Source of the DNA: an uncultured delta proteobacterium
GTDB taxonomy: Bacteria; Desulfobacterota; Binatia; UBA9968
Assembly: GCA_963816145.1 (NCBI GenBank)
Contig: CAWFJP010000016.1
Span: forward strand, 1 to 64,000
Length of the DNA: 64,000 nt
Reading direction: 5' to 3'
Part shown: positions 1-8,681 of the stretch, piece by piece
Numbering within the stretch: the stretch's first letter is position 1
Layout of the letters: the number at the start of each line of letters is the position of its first letter
Program-made: the position numbers and the translations under genes
Notes under the pieces: model-generated
Told to the model about the DNA's origin: nothing
Seen by the model: the letters and a program-made list of their open reading frames with translations, nothing else
Databases searched by the model: none

Positions 1-2
1 CG

Positions 3-134
3 GTCTTTGCGCGTTACATGAACGTATCGAAAAATCTGGTGTCGGCTTGGGAACGCGGCGAAAGAAAGCCCGGCGGACCGGCGCTGCGGCTCCTCGGCGT
101 TATTCGAAAACATGGACTTGAAACGATTATCTAG
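3..134 (+). CDS. C-terminal part of an XRE/HTH_3 regulator (HigA/YiaG-like antitoxin), truncated by the window edge
   Basis: Manual translation from base 3 gives VFARYMNVSKNLVSAWERGERKPGGPALRLLGVIRKHGLETII*, with the typical SxWExGxRxPxGPA HTH tail. Confidence 0.75.
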   Translation, partial: VFARYMNVSKNLVSAWERGERKPGGPALRLLGVIRKHGLETII

Positions 135-162
135 CTCGCAGCTCTGTTAATGATCGTTCGCC

Positions 163-803
163 TTAGACCGCCTGATTGATCAGGTTCCGTTGACGCAACT
201 CTTTGGTGGACAGCTGACGTTTTTGGTTGATGATCTCAGTCCGTTCGGGAGATATCGAGAAGCTCACGGCAAACCAAATGCCACCTAATCGTCGCAGATC
301 CGACCCAGGGGCCAAGTTTATCCTGTTGATCTTGCTCTGCGCGAGCGCAAGGCGTTGCCGTCGTTGTTCCTTGGCGCGTTTCCGCGCTTTGTCCGTTTCG
401 GCTTTTGCCCGCTTGAGGATGCCATCGTGCGGATCGACATAGAAGTCGTACCAACGCCACCAACGAGCCGCACTTATCGGCTCGCCCGCCTTGTTCAGGG
501 TCACCTTGACCGCAACGTAGTCTTTGAGATGATCGCGCACATGCTGCTGTACCGCGTTGGTTGCTTTGAGATGGGCGCTAATCTCCAGAGTAAACTTTCG
601 ACCACGGCCGACCGACCTGGCGGGCAAGATAACGCCGCAGGGGCGCAAGATTCTCGTTGAGCGACTTGGTACTCCGCCAAAAGAAACTTCATTCCTTGCT
701 TGATCGGCTGCGCTTCCCAGTTGCCGCGCAACCGGCCCTTGAGCCGACCCGAAGCTCCCCGCCTCGGCCGTTCGACGATCACTTTGGCCATATCTTCGCG
801 CAT
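163..803 (-). pseudogene. Conserved-looking hypothetical protein with two +1 frameshifts (pseudogene or sequencing error)
   Basis: AGGAG RBS then MREDMAKVIVERPRRG. Removing one base at the A-run ~679-682 and one at ~585 gives one continuous frame ...TKSLNENLAPLRRYLARQVGRPWSKVYSEISAHL... into ORF 163..648. Confidence 0.6.
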
Positions 804-1279
804 GGCGTTTCTCCTAGGAAAGTTTTTCTGTGCCGGAACGCGGTCGACCAGCCGCGCCAACAATCAGCGCTGAGGCGGCGACCTTTTTCATATCGCGGCG
901 AATATTCTTCTGACGCTCAATGAATCGCTTTATTGAACTTGGATTCTGGGCCCTGGCTACGTTCAGGACTCTACGGATTTGGCAGGCAAAAAAATGAGCG
1001 GTGTCACAATGAGAAATGGCGCTCCTGAAAACAGGATTCAGCGTTCTTAAAGAACTTGTCCTGACGCCCCGGGGTTTTTCATCCTCGCGCCCGGTATTTG
1101 GACCCGTGCTCACCGCTCGCATTGATAAATATCGCTGGCCGGCTTCGCCGTCAAGACCTGTAACGCTGCTGGGTCCCTGCCCCGCTATTATTTTCTTATT
1201 AGAACCAGATGAGCGCGGACAGTCCTGTCCGCGTCTGAAAGACGACTTGCCGCTCCGACGCGTGCTTGGCTGGGCACTC

Positions 1280-2015
1280 TGTTCAGTCGACCACCGATGG
1301 ATCGGGGACGAGCTGACCGCTGGAGCCACTGGAACATGCGCCATCCGACGGCGTCAAGGGCAAGGGTCGACGCCGCAGCCGCCGCGGCCTCGTCAGAGAT
1401 CGCTCGCCCGTTCGGCGCTTTCACGTGCACCTCGGCCACCCGCTCGGCCAACACGAACCATCCGATCGATTCTTCCACCGACCGGCCGACTGTGAGCAGG
1501 CCGTGGTTTGGCGCAGGATGCAAAACTTCTTGTTGCCGAGGCGCCGCGGCGATGCGCTTGCCGCCATCGATCGAAAGCACTTCCACTTCCTCATCGTCGA
1601 AGAGCGCCTGGTCGAACACGAAGGCACACGACTCCTGACTGATCGCGCGGAACGGCTCGACGTTGGCCGACCATGGCGTGCCGAAGGCGGTATGAGTGTG
1701 AGATGCGCTGACAACGTCGGGACGGGCAGCGAGCAGCGGATGGTGGATGTTGTAGCCGGCCGTGTTGACGGCACCGGTCGCGTTCCCATCAGCATTCTTC
1801 GGCTTCGCCACCAGACGGCCAGCACCAACTGGTGGACCGTCGCCTCGCTGAAGGGGACACCCAGTCGAGCGGCCGGAAGATCGTCGGTCGATACCGGGTC
1901 GCGCCGTTGGATCACCATCGCCGACGTGCCCCAGCGCAGCGCCCCGGATGCGGTATCAGACCGCGCGCATCCGCTTGCGGTGCGCCCATTCAGGCGGAAA
2001 TGGAACGTACATGCC
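1280..2015 (-). pseudogene. Class II aldolase/adducin family protein, heavily frameshifted; ends approximate
   Basis: IHHPLLAARPDVVSASHTHT and NHGLLTVGRSVEE metal motifs; N-terminal GALRWG...RDP...GVPFSEAT segments are scattered over several frames. Confidence 0.7.
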
Positions 2016-2295
2016 ATGCGGCTCCGACGCCGCTGGACGGTGGATAAGGAATACAGTGTCCGTCGCACATGGTATGTCGCGCAATCTCGTGTCCTGTCAC
2101 TGAAGTTCGCTGCAAGTTTCCCCGCCCATTCCACGGATCTCCCTTTGCCCCTTTTTCCCGAAGATGGGATGGTTCCCCCTTGAAAAAGGTGCAGATCCGC
2201 GCCCTCGCTCTTCCCGCCGCTGCCATCGTCGACTCATTCAACGATTTCTCTGACGTCGGACTGCTTCTGTCCAGGAATTTTTGACTCAGGTTGTT

Positions 2296-3567
2296 CTACA
2301 CCTTAGCGAGCAAGCCGCTCCCGTGGCTGGCGATCACGCCGTCGAAGTCGTCGACCGCCGTGTTCACGTCCATGGCGCGCACGCGATAGACGTCGCCGTG
2401 GGACGCGGGGAAGGGCTCGATGCCCTGCTGGAGTTCACGGGCGAGATTCAGCAGACGGCGGCGCGCGGTGATGATTGCTTGGTCGCTGGTGCCGAGGTGT
2501 TCTTTGCGGCGGTCGTAGATCGGGCCCATGCTTTCTTGTATCGCACGATCCTGGTCGTTGACGCCCCAGATGCCGGTGTAGGTTTCAGTGCGCTGGATCT
2601 CGCGATCGAGCAGGTAGTCATTTGTCATGTTGCGCTTCGGCAAGAACGTGCCGGGGATCAACTCGGGGGGAAACGCGCGTCCCGTGCGGCGCATCGCAAG
2701 GTCCTGGTCGATCAGCGGCCGATCCGGGTGGTAGGAGATGTAGAAGGTCATGGTGCGATTGTCGTCGACCGGAATCCAGGCTCGTCCGCCGGCCGGGAAG
2801 CGGATGAAGGGGATGAGGCTGTAGGTCGGGAGTAGAGCCTGGGTCACCCGCCAGTTGTAGGTTCCCTCGCCGATCGTACGACGGGCGCCGTAGCGAAAGC
2901 CGTAGTCGGTGTCGTTGACGACGATCTTGGGCGCCCTGTCCAGCGCCTTCTGCCTCGGATCGATGGCGCTGCCGTCGCCAGTGGGCGAGGCCGCCGGGTC
3001 CAGATAGGTGTGCAGGAACGAAGCGTGAGAGCTGTCGATGTCACCCTCGTACCCCTGGAGGTAGTTGGTCTCCTGGTACCACTTCGACACCGAGCGGTGG
3101 CTATCGGGAACTCGGGTCCACTCCAATTCGGGTAACTCGGCGCGGAGATGTTGCGGCCCCATGTAAACCCAGATCAGGCCGCCGTGGAGGACCGTCGGGT
3201 AAGCCGTGATGTGGATCTTGTCTTTGAAGTTACTCTCGGCCGGCTCGGATGGCATGTCGACGCAGTTGCCGGCGACGTCAAATTTCCAGCCATGGTAGAC
3301 GCAGCGAATGCCGCACTCCTCGTTGCGCCCGAAGTAGAGGGAGGCGCCACGGTGGGGGCAGTGAGCCTCGACGACGCCGATTGCGCCATTTGAGTCGCGG
3401 AAGGCGACCAGGTCCTCGCCGAGCAGGCGCAGGCGCACGGGCGGGCAATCCGCCTTGGGCAACTCTTCGGGCAGCATCGCGGGCAGCCAGAAGCGCCGAA
3501 ACAGCTCGCCCATGGGCGTTCCCGGCCCGACACGACACGCGAACTCGTTGTCTTCATTGCTTAACAC
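2296..3567 (-). CDS. Rieske non-heme iron oxygenase alpha subunit, phthalate 4,5-dioxygenase/LigXa-like group
   Basis: Rieske CPHRG...CVYHGW, mononuclear Fe motif DSSHASFLH, distal QDRAIQESMG, N-terminal RVGPGTPMGELFRRFW. Confidence 0.9.
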   Translation of the reverse strand: MLSNEDNEFACRVGPGTPMGELFRRFWLPAMLPEELPKADCPPVRLRLLGEDLVAFRDSNGAIGVVEAHCPHRGASLYFGRNEECGIRCVYHGWKFDVAGNCVDMPSEPAESNFKDKIHITAYPTVLHGGLIWVYMGPQHLRAELPELEWTRVPDSHRSVSKWYQETNYLQGYEGDIDSSHASFLHTYLDPAASPTGDGSAIDPRQKALDRAPKIVVNDTDYGFRYGARRTIGEGTYNWRVTQALLPTYSLIPFIRFPAGGRAWIPVDDNRTMTFYISYHPDRPLIDQDLAMRRTGRAFPPELIPGTFLPKRNMTNDYLLDREIQRTETYTGIWGVNDQDRAIQESMGPIYDRRKEHLGTSDQAIITARRRLLNLARELQQGIEPFPASHGDVYRVRAMDVNTAVDDFDGVIASHGSGLLAKV

Positions 3568-3740
3568 AGCGCCTCCCCTGTATCGGAATTCTTAACCACT
3601 TTTTTTCTGCTCGAAGCCATATCGCTGAACTGGCGAGCGTGTCAATCATTGGAGAGTTTCGTTTTGATAGTTTCCGCGGCTTGCGCAAATTTTTGCGACT
3701 GGTGCTCTCAAGTTGCCGCTCGTAAATGGAAAATTCAATC

Positions 3741-3821
3741 TCACCACGAAGGACACGAAGATCACGAAGTTCGGAAAATAATTTATCCCAACCCTTCGTG
3801 TCCTTCGTGCCTTCGTGGTGA
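3741..3821. repeat. Inverted REP-like element built of 9-mer (CACGAAG) units
   Basis: tcaccacgaaggacacgaagatcacgaag ... cttcgtgtccttcgtgccttcgtggtga; a left-arm-only copy lies at 50547-50580. Confidence 0.85.
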
Positions 3822-4082
3822 AAATCTCTTTCCCATTCGGTTGCGGCGGTGCTGCGCTAGGAAAATCGCGGTTTTGCTTCAAACGGAACACCGGTCCTTT
3901 TCGATATATCCAACAAGTCATCCACCACCGGTTTCAATAGCGGTATCCCTTCTTTGCTCCGGATCGCTTCCGTTCCTGAAGCCTGAAAAATTTCTTTTAG
4001 TACCGAGCAGCCGCGTAACGCTTTTTGACGCTGGCGGCGATAAGGTGCAGTTCCGGTTTGTCGATAATCGATGCCTTTTTTA

Positions 4083-4312
4083 ATGTCCCTTTCGGGGATG
4101 GTTGAAATCCCGCGCCTTCAGGCGAAGAATGGATTTGTCATGCCGGCGAAGGCCGGCATCGATCTTCGGTTTCGTTGGCAAGCCAAAGAAAACCTGGATT
4201 CCGGCCCCGGATCAGGTCCGGGGCAGGCTCTACGCCAGAATGACGAAAGGAAGAGTCGACTTCTAGTCGACGAATTCAGAACCCCTCGGCTCGGAGCCGA
4301 GGGTCATTCAGT
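4083..4312. mobile_element. Composite palindromic repeat/MITE, copy 1 (REP doublet GTCATGCCGGC...GAATGAC plus a conserved 3' hairpin)
   Basis: Colinear similarity with 26717-26915, including gagtcgactt.agtcga and ctcggct.ggagccgagg.tcattc. Confidence 0.7.
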
Positions 4313-4321
4313 TTATCGTGA

Positions 4322-5035
4322 CTAGCCTCGATAGGCGGGGACGTTATCCTGGAGGTTATAGCCCATCTCATAGTGGAGATAGATGCCATCGAAGAAAAAC
4401 CAGCGCATGCGCGCGCTCTCGCGGGCGTAATGGATGGCCAGCTGTTGCAGCTCCGGCGTGGCGGCGTAGCGGTCGAGGATATCGAAACCTTTGCCGCCAT
4501 GCTCGACATCGGCCACGGAGTGGAGCGAGAAGTGCTCGATGGCCTTTTCGTCAAAGCGGTAAATCTCGCGCAAGGCTGGCAGCACCTTGCTGTAAAGCAT
4601 CGGTGACTGGGATTCGGTGCCGATATTGGTGGCCGCGATACTAGCGATGAACGATTCTTCCTTGCAAGCCCGGTTGAACCAGGCGACCCAGGCCTCGGTT
4701 GTCGGTAGACCGCGACCGCGCTTGACCTCGTCGACATTGGCGCCGTTGGCCGCGGCAAATCTGAGGATGATATCCAGATGCGGCCGCTCGGGATCGACTT
4801 CCTCAAGGTAATTGCCGAGCAGTAGTTTTTGCGATTCGAGAGGCGTGTTGGCCGCTTTGAATAATTCGCCTCTGTAGATGTTGCTGATCCAGTGATATTG
4901 CTCGATGGCCCAGCCCGCCATGGCGTTGCGGCTGAGCTTTCCCGCCGCCCACTTTTCCGTCAAAGGATGGTTGGCGCAGTGGCGCTCCAGCACGGCAGCT
5001 TCAAGCTTTTCGCGCAGCGCACTTTTGGTTGTCAT
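4322..5035 (-). CDS. Heme-oxygenase-like diiron protein (CADD/PqqC-like)
   Basis: EEVDPERPH, GTESQ and HSVADVEH match the CADD-type E-x6-H...E...H-x3-D-x2-H ligand set; AGGAGG RBS. Confidence 0.85.
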   Translation of the reverse strand: MTTKSALREKLEAAVLERHCANHPLTEKWAAGKLSRNAMAGWAIEQYHWISNIYRGELFKAANTPLESQKLLLGNYLEEVDPERPHLDIILRFAAANGANVDEVKRGRGLPTTEAWVAWFNRACKEESFIASIAATNIGTESQSPMLYSKVLPALREIYRFDEKAIEHFSLHSVADVEHGGKGFDILDRYAATPELQQLAIHYARESARMRWFFFDGIYLHYEMGYNLQDNVPAYRG

Positions 5036-5181
5036 GTTCGCGTCCTCCTTAGGTGATCCAGCTTAATCGCTACGGGTTGATTGCCAACAGCTCGCTGCGA
5101 ACCCTCTTGGGCCGAGTCTTCGATACCCCAAAGCGGACTGCGGGGCAGTGCTTCGATGCCGCCTGACAGCTGTGCGTGCCG

Positions 5182-6216
5182 TTACTTGAGCGACTCCTTA
5201 AGTTTGCCGAGGATCGCCGGATCAAGTTTAAAAAAGCTTGCGATCAGCCGTTCCAAATCCGCTCCGGATAGCGGATCGGACTCCAACTTGGCCTTTTCTG
5301 AATCGGCCAAGAAGGCGGGATCTTTGAAGGTGTCGAGGAACGCTTGCCGCAGCACCGCCACCCGTTCTTTCGGTGTTGCCGGTGGCAATCCGTACGGACG
5401 TGTGATCGCCGCCGGCTCGTGAATGCCGAAGCGAATCAGCAGGCGCGCATCTTCGGTTTTCGCGAAATCGATGGCGTTGGGCACTTGCGCAAGTTCCGGA
5501 TGAGCTTTGGGATTGATTTGCAGCACGACCAGCGACTCGCCTGAGTCCAGGCCCTTACTCCATGTGGTCTTGATCGACTCCCATTGAAAACATGCGCCGG
5601 CCAATTCGCCGCTCTCCGCCGCCAAGCGCATCTCGGAGGTTCCTTTGTAGCCCATCACAAGCTGAATCGGCAGCCCCAATGCTTCCCTGAGAATTTTCGC
5701 GCTGACCGAGGCAGTGTCACCAGACGCGCCACCGCCCAATTTAACCGGCGTTTTTGCGGCGCGCCAGCGCTCGAAACTGGTAATCCCGCTTGCCTTGGTC
5801 ACGACGCAAGCACCCGTGTCCTTCACCGGAACGCCGATCCATTGGAAACGCCGAGCGTCGAACTCAATCCCCGCCCCGCCGATGAGTTGGTTGATGATCT
5901 GATTACCGTGAAAGTTGCCGATCGTCAGCCCGTCCGGCTTGGCGATCTTGTAAAGATAGTTGGCCGCGATCAGGCTTCCCGCGCCGGCCATGTTGTCCAC
6001 GACCACCGAAGGATTGCCCGGGATATGTTTTCCCAAGTGGCGCGCGATCGCCCGCGAGTAGGCATCGAAACCGCCTCCGGGAGCAAAGCCGACGATAACG
6101 CGAACCGTTTTGTTGCGGTAAAAATCGTTCGCCGAAGCAACCGCGACGGAGAAAACAAAGATCACGCTAAAGAGCACTAACCAATCAACCGCAGGTTTTT
6201 TATGCACGGAATTCAC
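5182..6216 (-). CDS. TctC/Bug-family tripartite tricarboxylate transporter substrate-binding protein
   Basis: Signal peptide, VGFAPGGGFDAYSR, NMAGAGS, PDGLTI, GYKGT motifs. Confidence 0.88.
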   Translation of the reverse strand: MNSVHKKPAVDWLVLFSVIFVFSVAVASANDFYRNKTVRVIVGFAPGGGFDAYSRAIARHLGKHIPGNPSVVVDNMAGAGSLIAANYLYKIAKPDGLTIGNFHGNQIINQLIGGAGIEFDARRFQWIGVPVKDTGACVVTKASGITSFERWRAAKTPVKLGGGASGDTASVSAKILREALGLPIQLVMGYKGTSEMRLAAESGELAGACFQWESIKTTWSKGLDSGESLVVLQINPKAHPELAQVPNAIDFAKTEDARLLIRFGIHEPAAITRPYGLPPATPKERVAVLRQAFLDTFKDPAFLADSEKAKLESDPLSGADLERLIASFFKLDPAILGKLKESLK

Positions 6217-6376
6217 AACTTTCTGACTCGGCCTACCGCATTGCCGTTATCCGAGACCAACGGTCTAACCGGAAATCCTTCCCGCCGAAAAGCCATTTTG
6301 TGCCTGAAGCTATCGAAGCAAACGCACCGATGTCAAACGGATATTCAGATCGAACGACAGGATGGCAGTGAAATGG

Positions 6377-7486
6377 TTACACCGCAGCGAAGTGTATGCC
6401 GGTTCGTCGCGAGATATCCAGCAAATCATCGACAACGGGTTTCAACAACGGAATTCCTTCCTTGCTGCGAATCGCTTCCGCTTCTCTTTCCGGATCACCT
6501 GGGATGAGCGGGCCGTTGGTGCCGGGGGCGGGTTTGGTGTTGCGGAATACTTGGATCCAGTCGTCGATCTGTTTTTTGAATTCGTCTTTGTCGATGAAGC
6601 CGTCGATTTGCATGGCGCCGAAGAAGTGGCCGATGCCTTTGCCGACGCTGCGCGCGGGGATTTCCTGGCGCAGGGCGAAGGGCGGGGCGAAGGGGCCCCA
6701 GTTGGCGCCGCTCAGAACACAGCACAGGATATCGACCATCGAAGCCAGGCCGTAGCCTTTGTGGCCGCCCATTTCCCGGTCCGAGCCGAGCGGCAACTGA
6801 GCGCCGCCGTCGATCATATGTTTAGGATCGGTAGTCTGCTGGCCGTGTTTATCGACAATCCATCCTTGCGGCACCGGTTCATTTTTGCGCAGGGCGATTT
6901 CGATCTTGCCGTAGGCCACGGCGCTGGTGGCCATGTCGACGACGATGGGCGGCTCCTTCAAGCCTGGGAAGGCGATGGCGATCGGATTGGTACCGAGCAT
7001 TCGCTCGGAGCCCCAGAGCGGCGCGACCAGTTTGGTCGTGTTGGTCATCGCCCAGCCGATTAAATCACGTTCCAATGCTTTCAGCGGGTAGTAGCCGGCG
7101 ATGCCGAAGTGGTTGGTGTTGCAAACGCTGACCCAGCCGGAGCCATGCTGAAGCGCTTTGTCCATGGCGATCTCGTTGGCCTTGGGGCCGACCACTAGGC
7201 CCAAGCCGTTGTCGCCGTCGACGGTGGCGACGCTGGTTTTCTCGCGGACGATTTTGATTTTCGGTTTCGGATTGATCCGTCCGAGTTCCAACATTTCAAA
7301 GTAGGTGTGCAGCCGGGCAACGCCGTGGGAGTCGATGCCGCGCAGATCGCTCTTGGCTAATACGTCGGCAGCTTGCTCGGCATCCGCGCGCGGCACGCCG
7401 AAGTACATGAACACCTGGGTCGTAAAGTTACGCAGATAGGCGTCCGGGAAACGATAGCTGGTCGGTTCGTCCGGGGTTGCGCTCAT
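6377..7486 (-). CDS. Ldh_2 family (type 2 malate/L-lactate/sulfolactate/ureidoglycolate) dehydrogenase
   Basis: DLRGIDSHG, NHFGIAGYY, GTNPIA, DMATS, GHKGYGL, IPGDPE. Confidence 0.92.
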   Translation of the reverse strand: MSATPDEPTSYRFPDAYLRNFTTQVFMYFGVPRADAEQAADVLAKSDLRGIDSHGVARLHTYFEMLELGRINPKPKIKIVREKTSVATVDGDNGLGLVVGPKANEIAMDKALQHGSGWVSVCNTNHFGIAGYYPLKALERDLIGWAMTNTTKLVAPLWGSERMLGTNPIAIAFPGLKEPPIVVDMATSAVAYGKIEIALRKNEPVPQGWIVDKHGQQTTDPKHMIDGGAQLPLGSDREMGGHKGYGLASMVDILCCVLSGANWGPFAPPFALRQEIPARSVGKGIGHFFGAMQIDGFIDKDEFKKQIDDWIQVFRNTKPAPGTNGPLIPGDPEREAEAIRSKEGIPLLKPVVDDLLDISRRTGIHFAAV

Positions 7487-7518
7487 GCCCAAGAATTAGC
7501 GTTGTCGCCCTGGCGCTG

Positions 7519-8524
7519 TCAATGATGCGAATCGCTCAGGAGAAATTGCAACAAGAGGGTTTGTTGAAAGGGGTTGTAGTTATCGTCGGAGACCAGGTAG
7601 ATCATCGCGCCCTGGGCGGTTGGCTGGACGGCGAGACCTTCGTAGTTCTCGGTGACCAGGGGCGGCTCGATGCGCAGCAATTCTCTGCCCTTAAGTTTAC
7701 TACCCGGCATGATCGTCGTGCCGTCGACCAGCGTCAAGCGTGCCGACAGGACGCCGAAGGGCACATAGCGCCGTTCGAGTACGACGACGTCACCGTTTTT
7801 GAGCGCGGCGCAGTCGGTGACACGAAAACCTTTGGCAGGCAAGTAAGAAAGCCCGGCAAACCGATTGCCGTCGAGCAGCCAGCCCTTGAAGCTGCCGTCG
7901 GGATTGGCGAATTCTTCGGTCAGTGCCAACAAGGCTGCCGTCGGGCAAAGTGGTCAAGCCTTCGATGCCGCCGTTGCGCGGCGCGCGCGATAATTCCGCC
8001 GGCACGGCGATCGGTGTCGGTGTGGATGCAAATGTGTGCGGCGGCGCATCGTAGCGCCAAATCCTATGTTTGCCTTCAAAGGCCACCAGGAACGAGCCAT
8101 CCCGGTCGCGACTGAACGCTTCGGCATCCACTAGCGAACCGGCGACAGGGCTTCTTGCCGGAGTCAGCATGGGGGCGATGTGCCAATCGACCAGATCATC
8201 GAGCGCGCCATCAGGATTCACAATCATTCGCGCCGAGATCCAGTAGCCTCGGTCTGAGACCGCGTAAATTTTGCCATCGGTACCGATCGATAATCCCGAT
8301 AGCCCGCCGAAACGCTTGTCTTTGGAATTCAATTGGAAAGCGCTCATGAACGTAAGCGCGCCGAACTGTTTCCGGTCGGGATTCTTCGCATCGAGATCGA
8401 AGCCGCTCAGCTCGACCAAGCGAGCTTTGGTTGATTGCGCGGTGCCGCGCTCCTGCCCGGACCAACAAGAACAAAGGACTGCCAAGATGACCAAGCATAA
8501 TCGGTGTTTAATCGGATGTCTCAT
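7519..8524 (-). pseudogene. Esterase-like activity of phytase family protein with a single +1 frameshift near 7933 (probably a sequencing error)
   Basis: FGGLSGL, SDRG, DAEA, NGGIEG in ORF 7790..8695 continue as LALTEE...ENYEGL...SDDNYN in ORF 7519..7932. Confidence 0.8.
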
Positions 8525-8681
8525 AGCTGCGTGAAGGATTGCATCGTAATTCGGGCCGCACAAGCCGGCTCGAGCGTCATCAGCCTTGACAGATGGAAGG
8601 TGGCCGTATACGCAGAGCGAAGACTCAATTTGTCTCGCGATTTCCCCAATTGGAAGTGTCAAGTTGGAAAGGGGTTCTGTG

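Noticed and set aside
1-134. Complete toxin-antitoxin module
   Set aside because: Only the HTH C-terminus is inside the window; any toxin gene would lie upstream.
860-1190. Long intergenic stretches (also 46740-47080 and 61140-61460, the last with a G9 run) as ncRNA or riboswitch
   Set aside because: I could not recognise any conserved RNA motif by eye; an Infernal/Rfam scan is needed.
3741-3821. Short repeated units as a possible CRISPR array (also ~24948-24987)
   Set aside because: The units are 7-9 bp, tandem or inverted, with no unique spacers and no cas genes.
4322-5035. Calling this or the other HDOs pqqC, CADD or tenA
   Set aside because: No pqqA/B/D/E, folate or thiamine genes and no TPP riboswitch were seen; the fold alone does not give the function.
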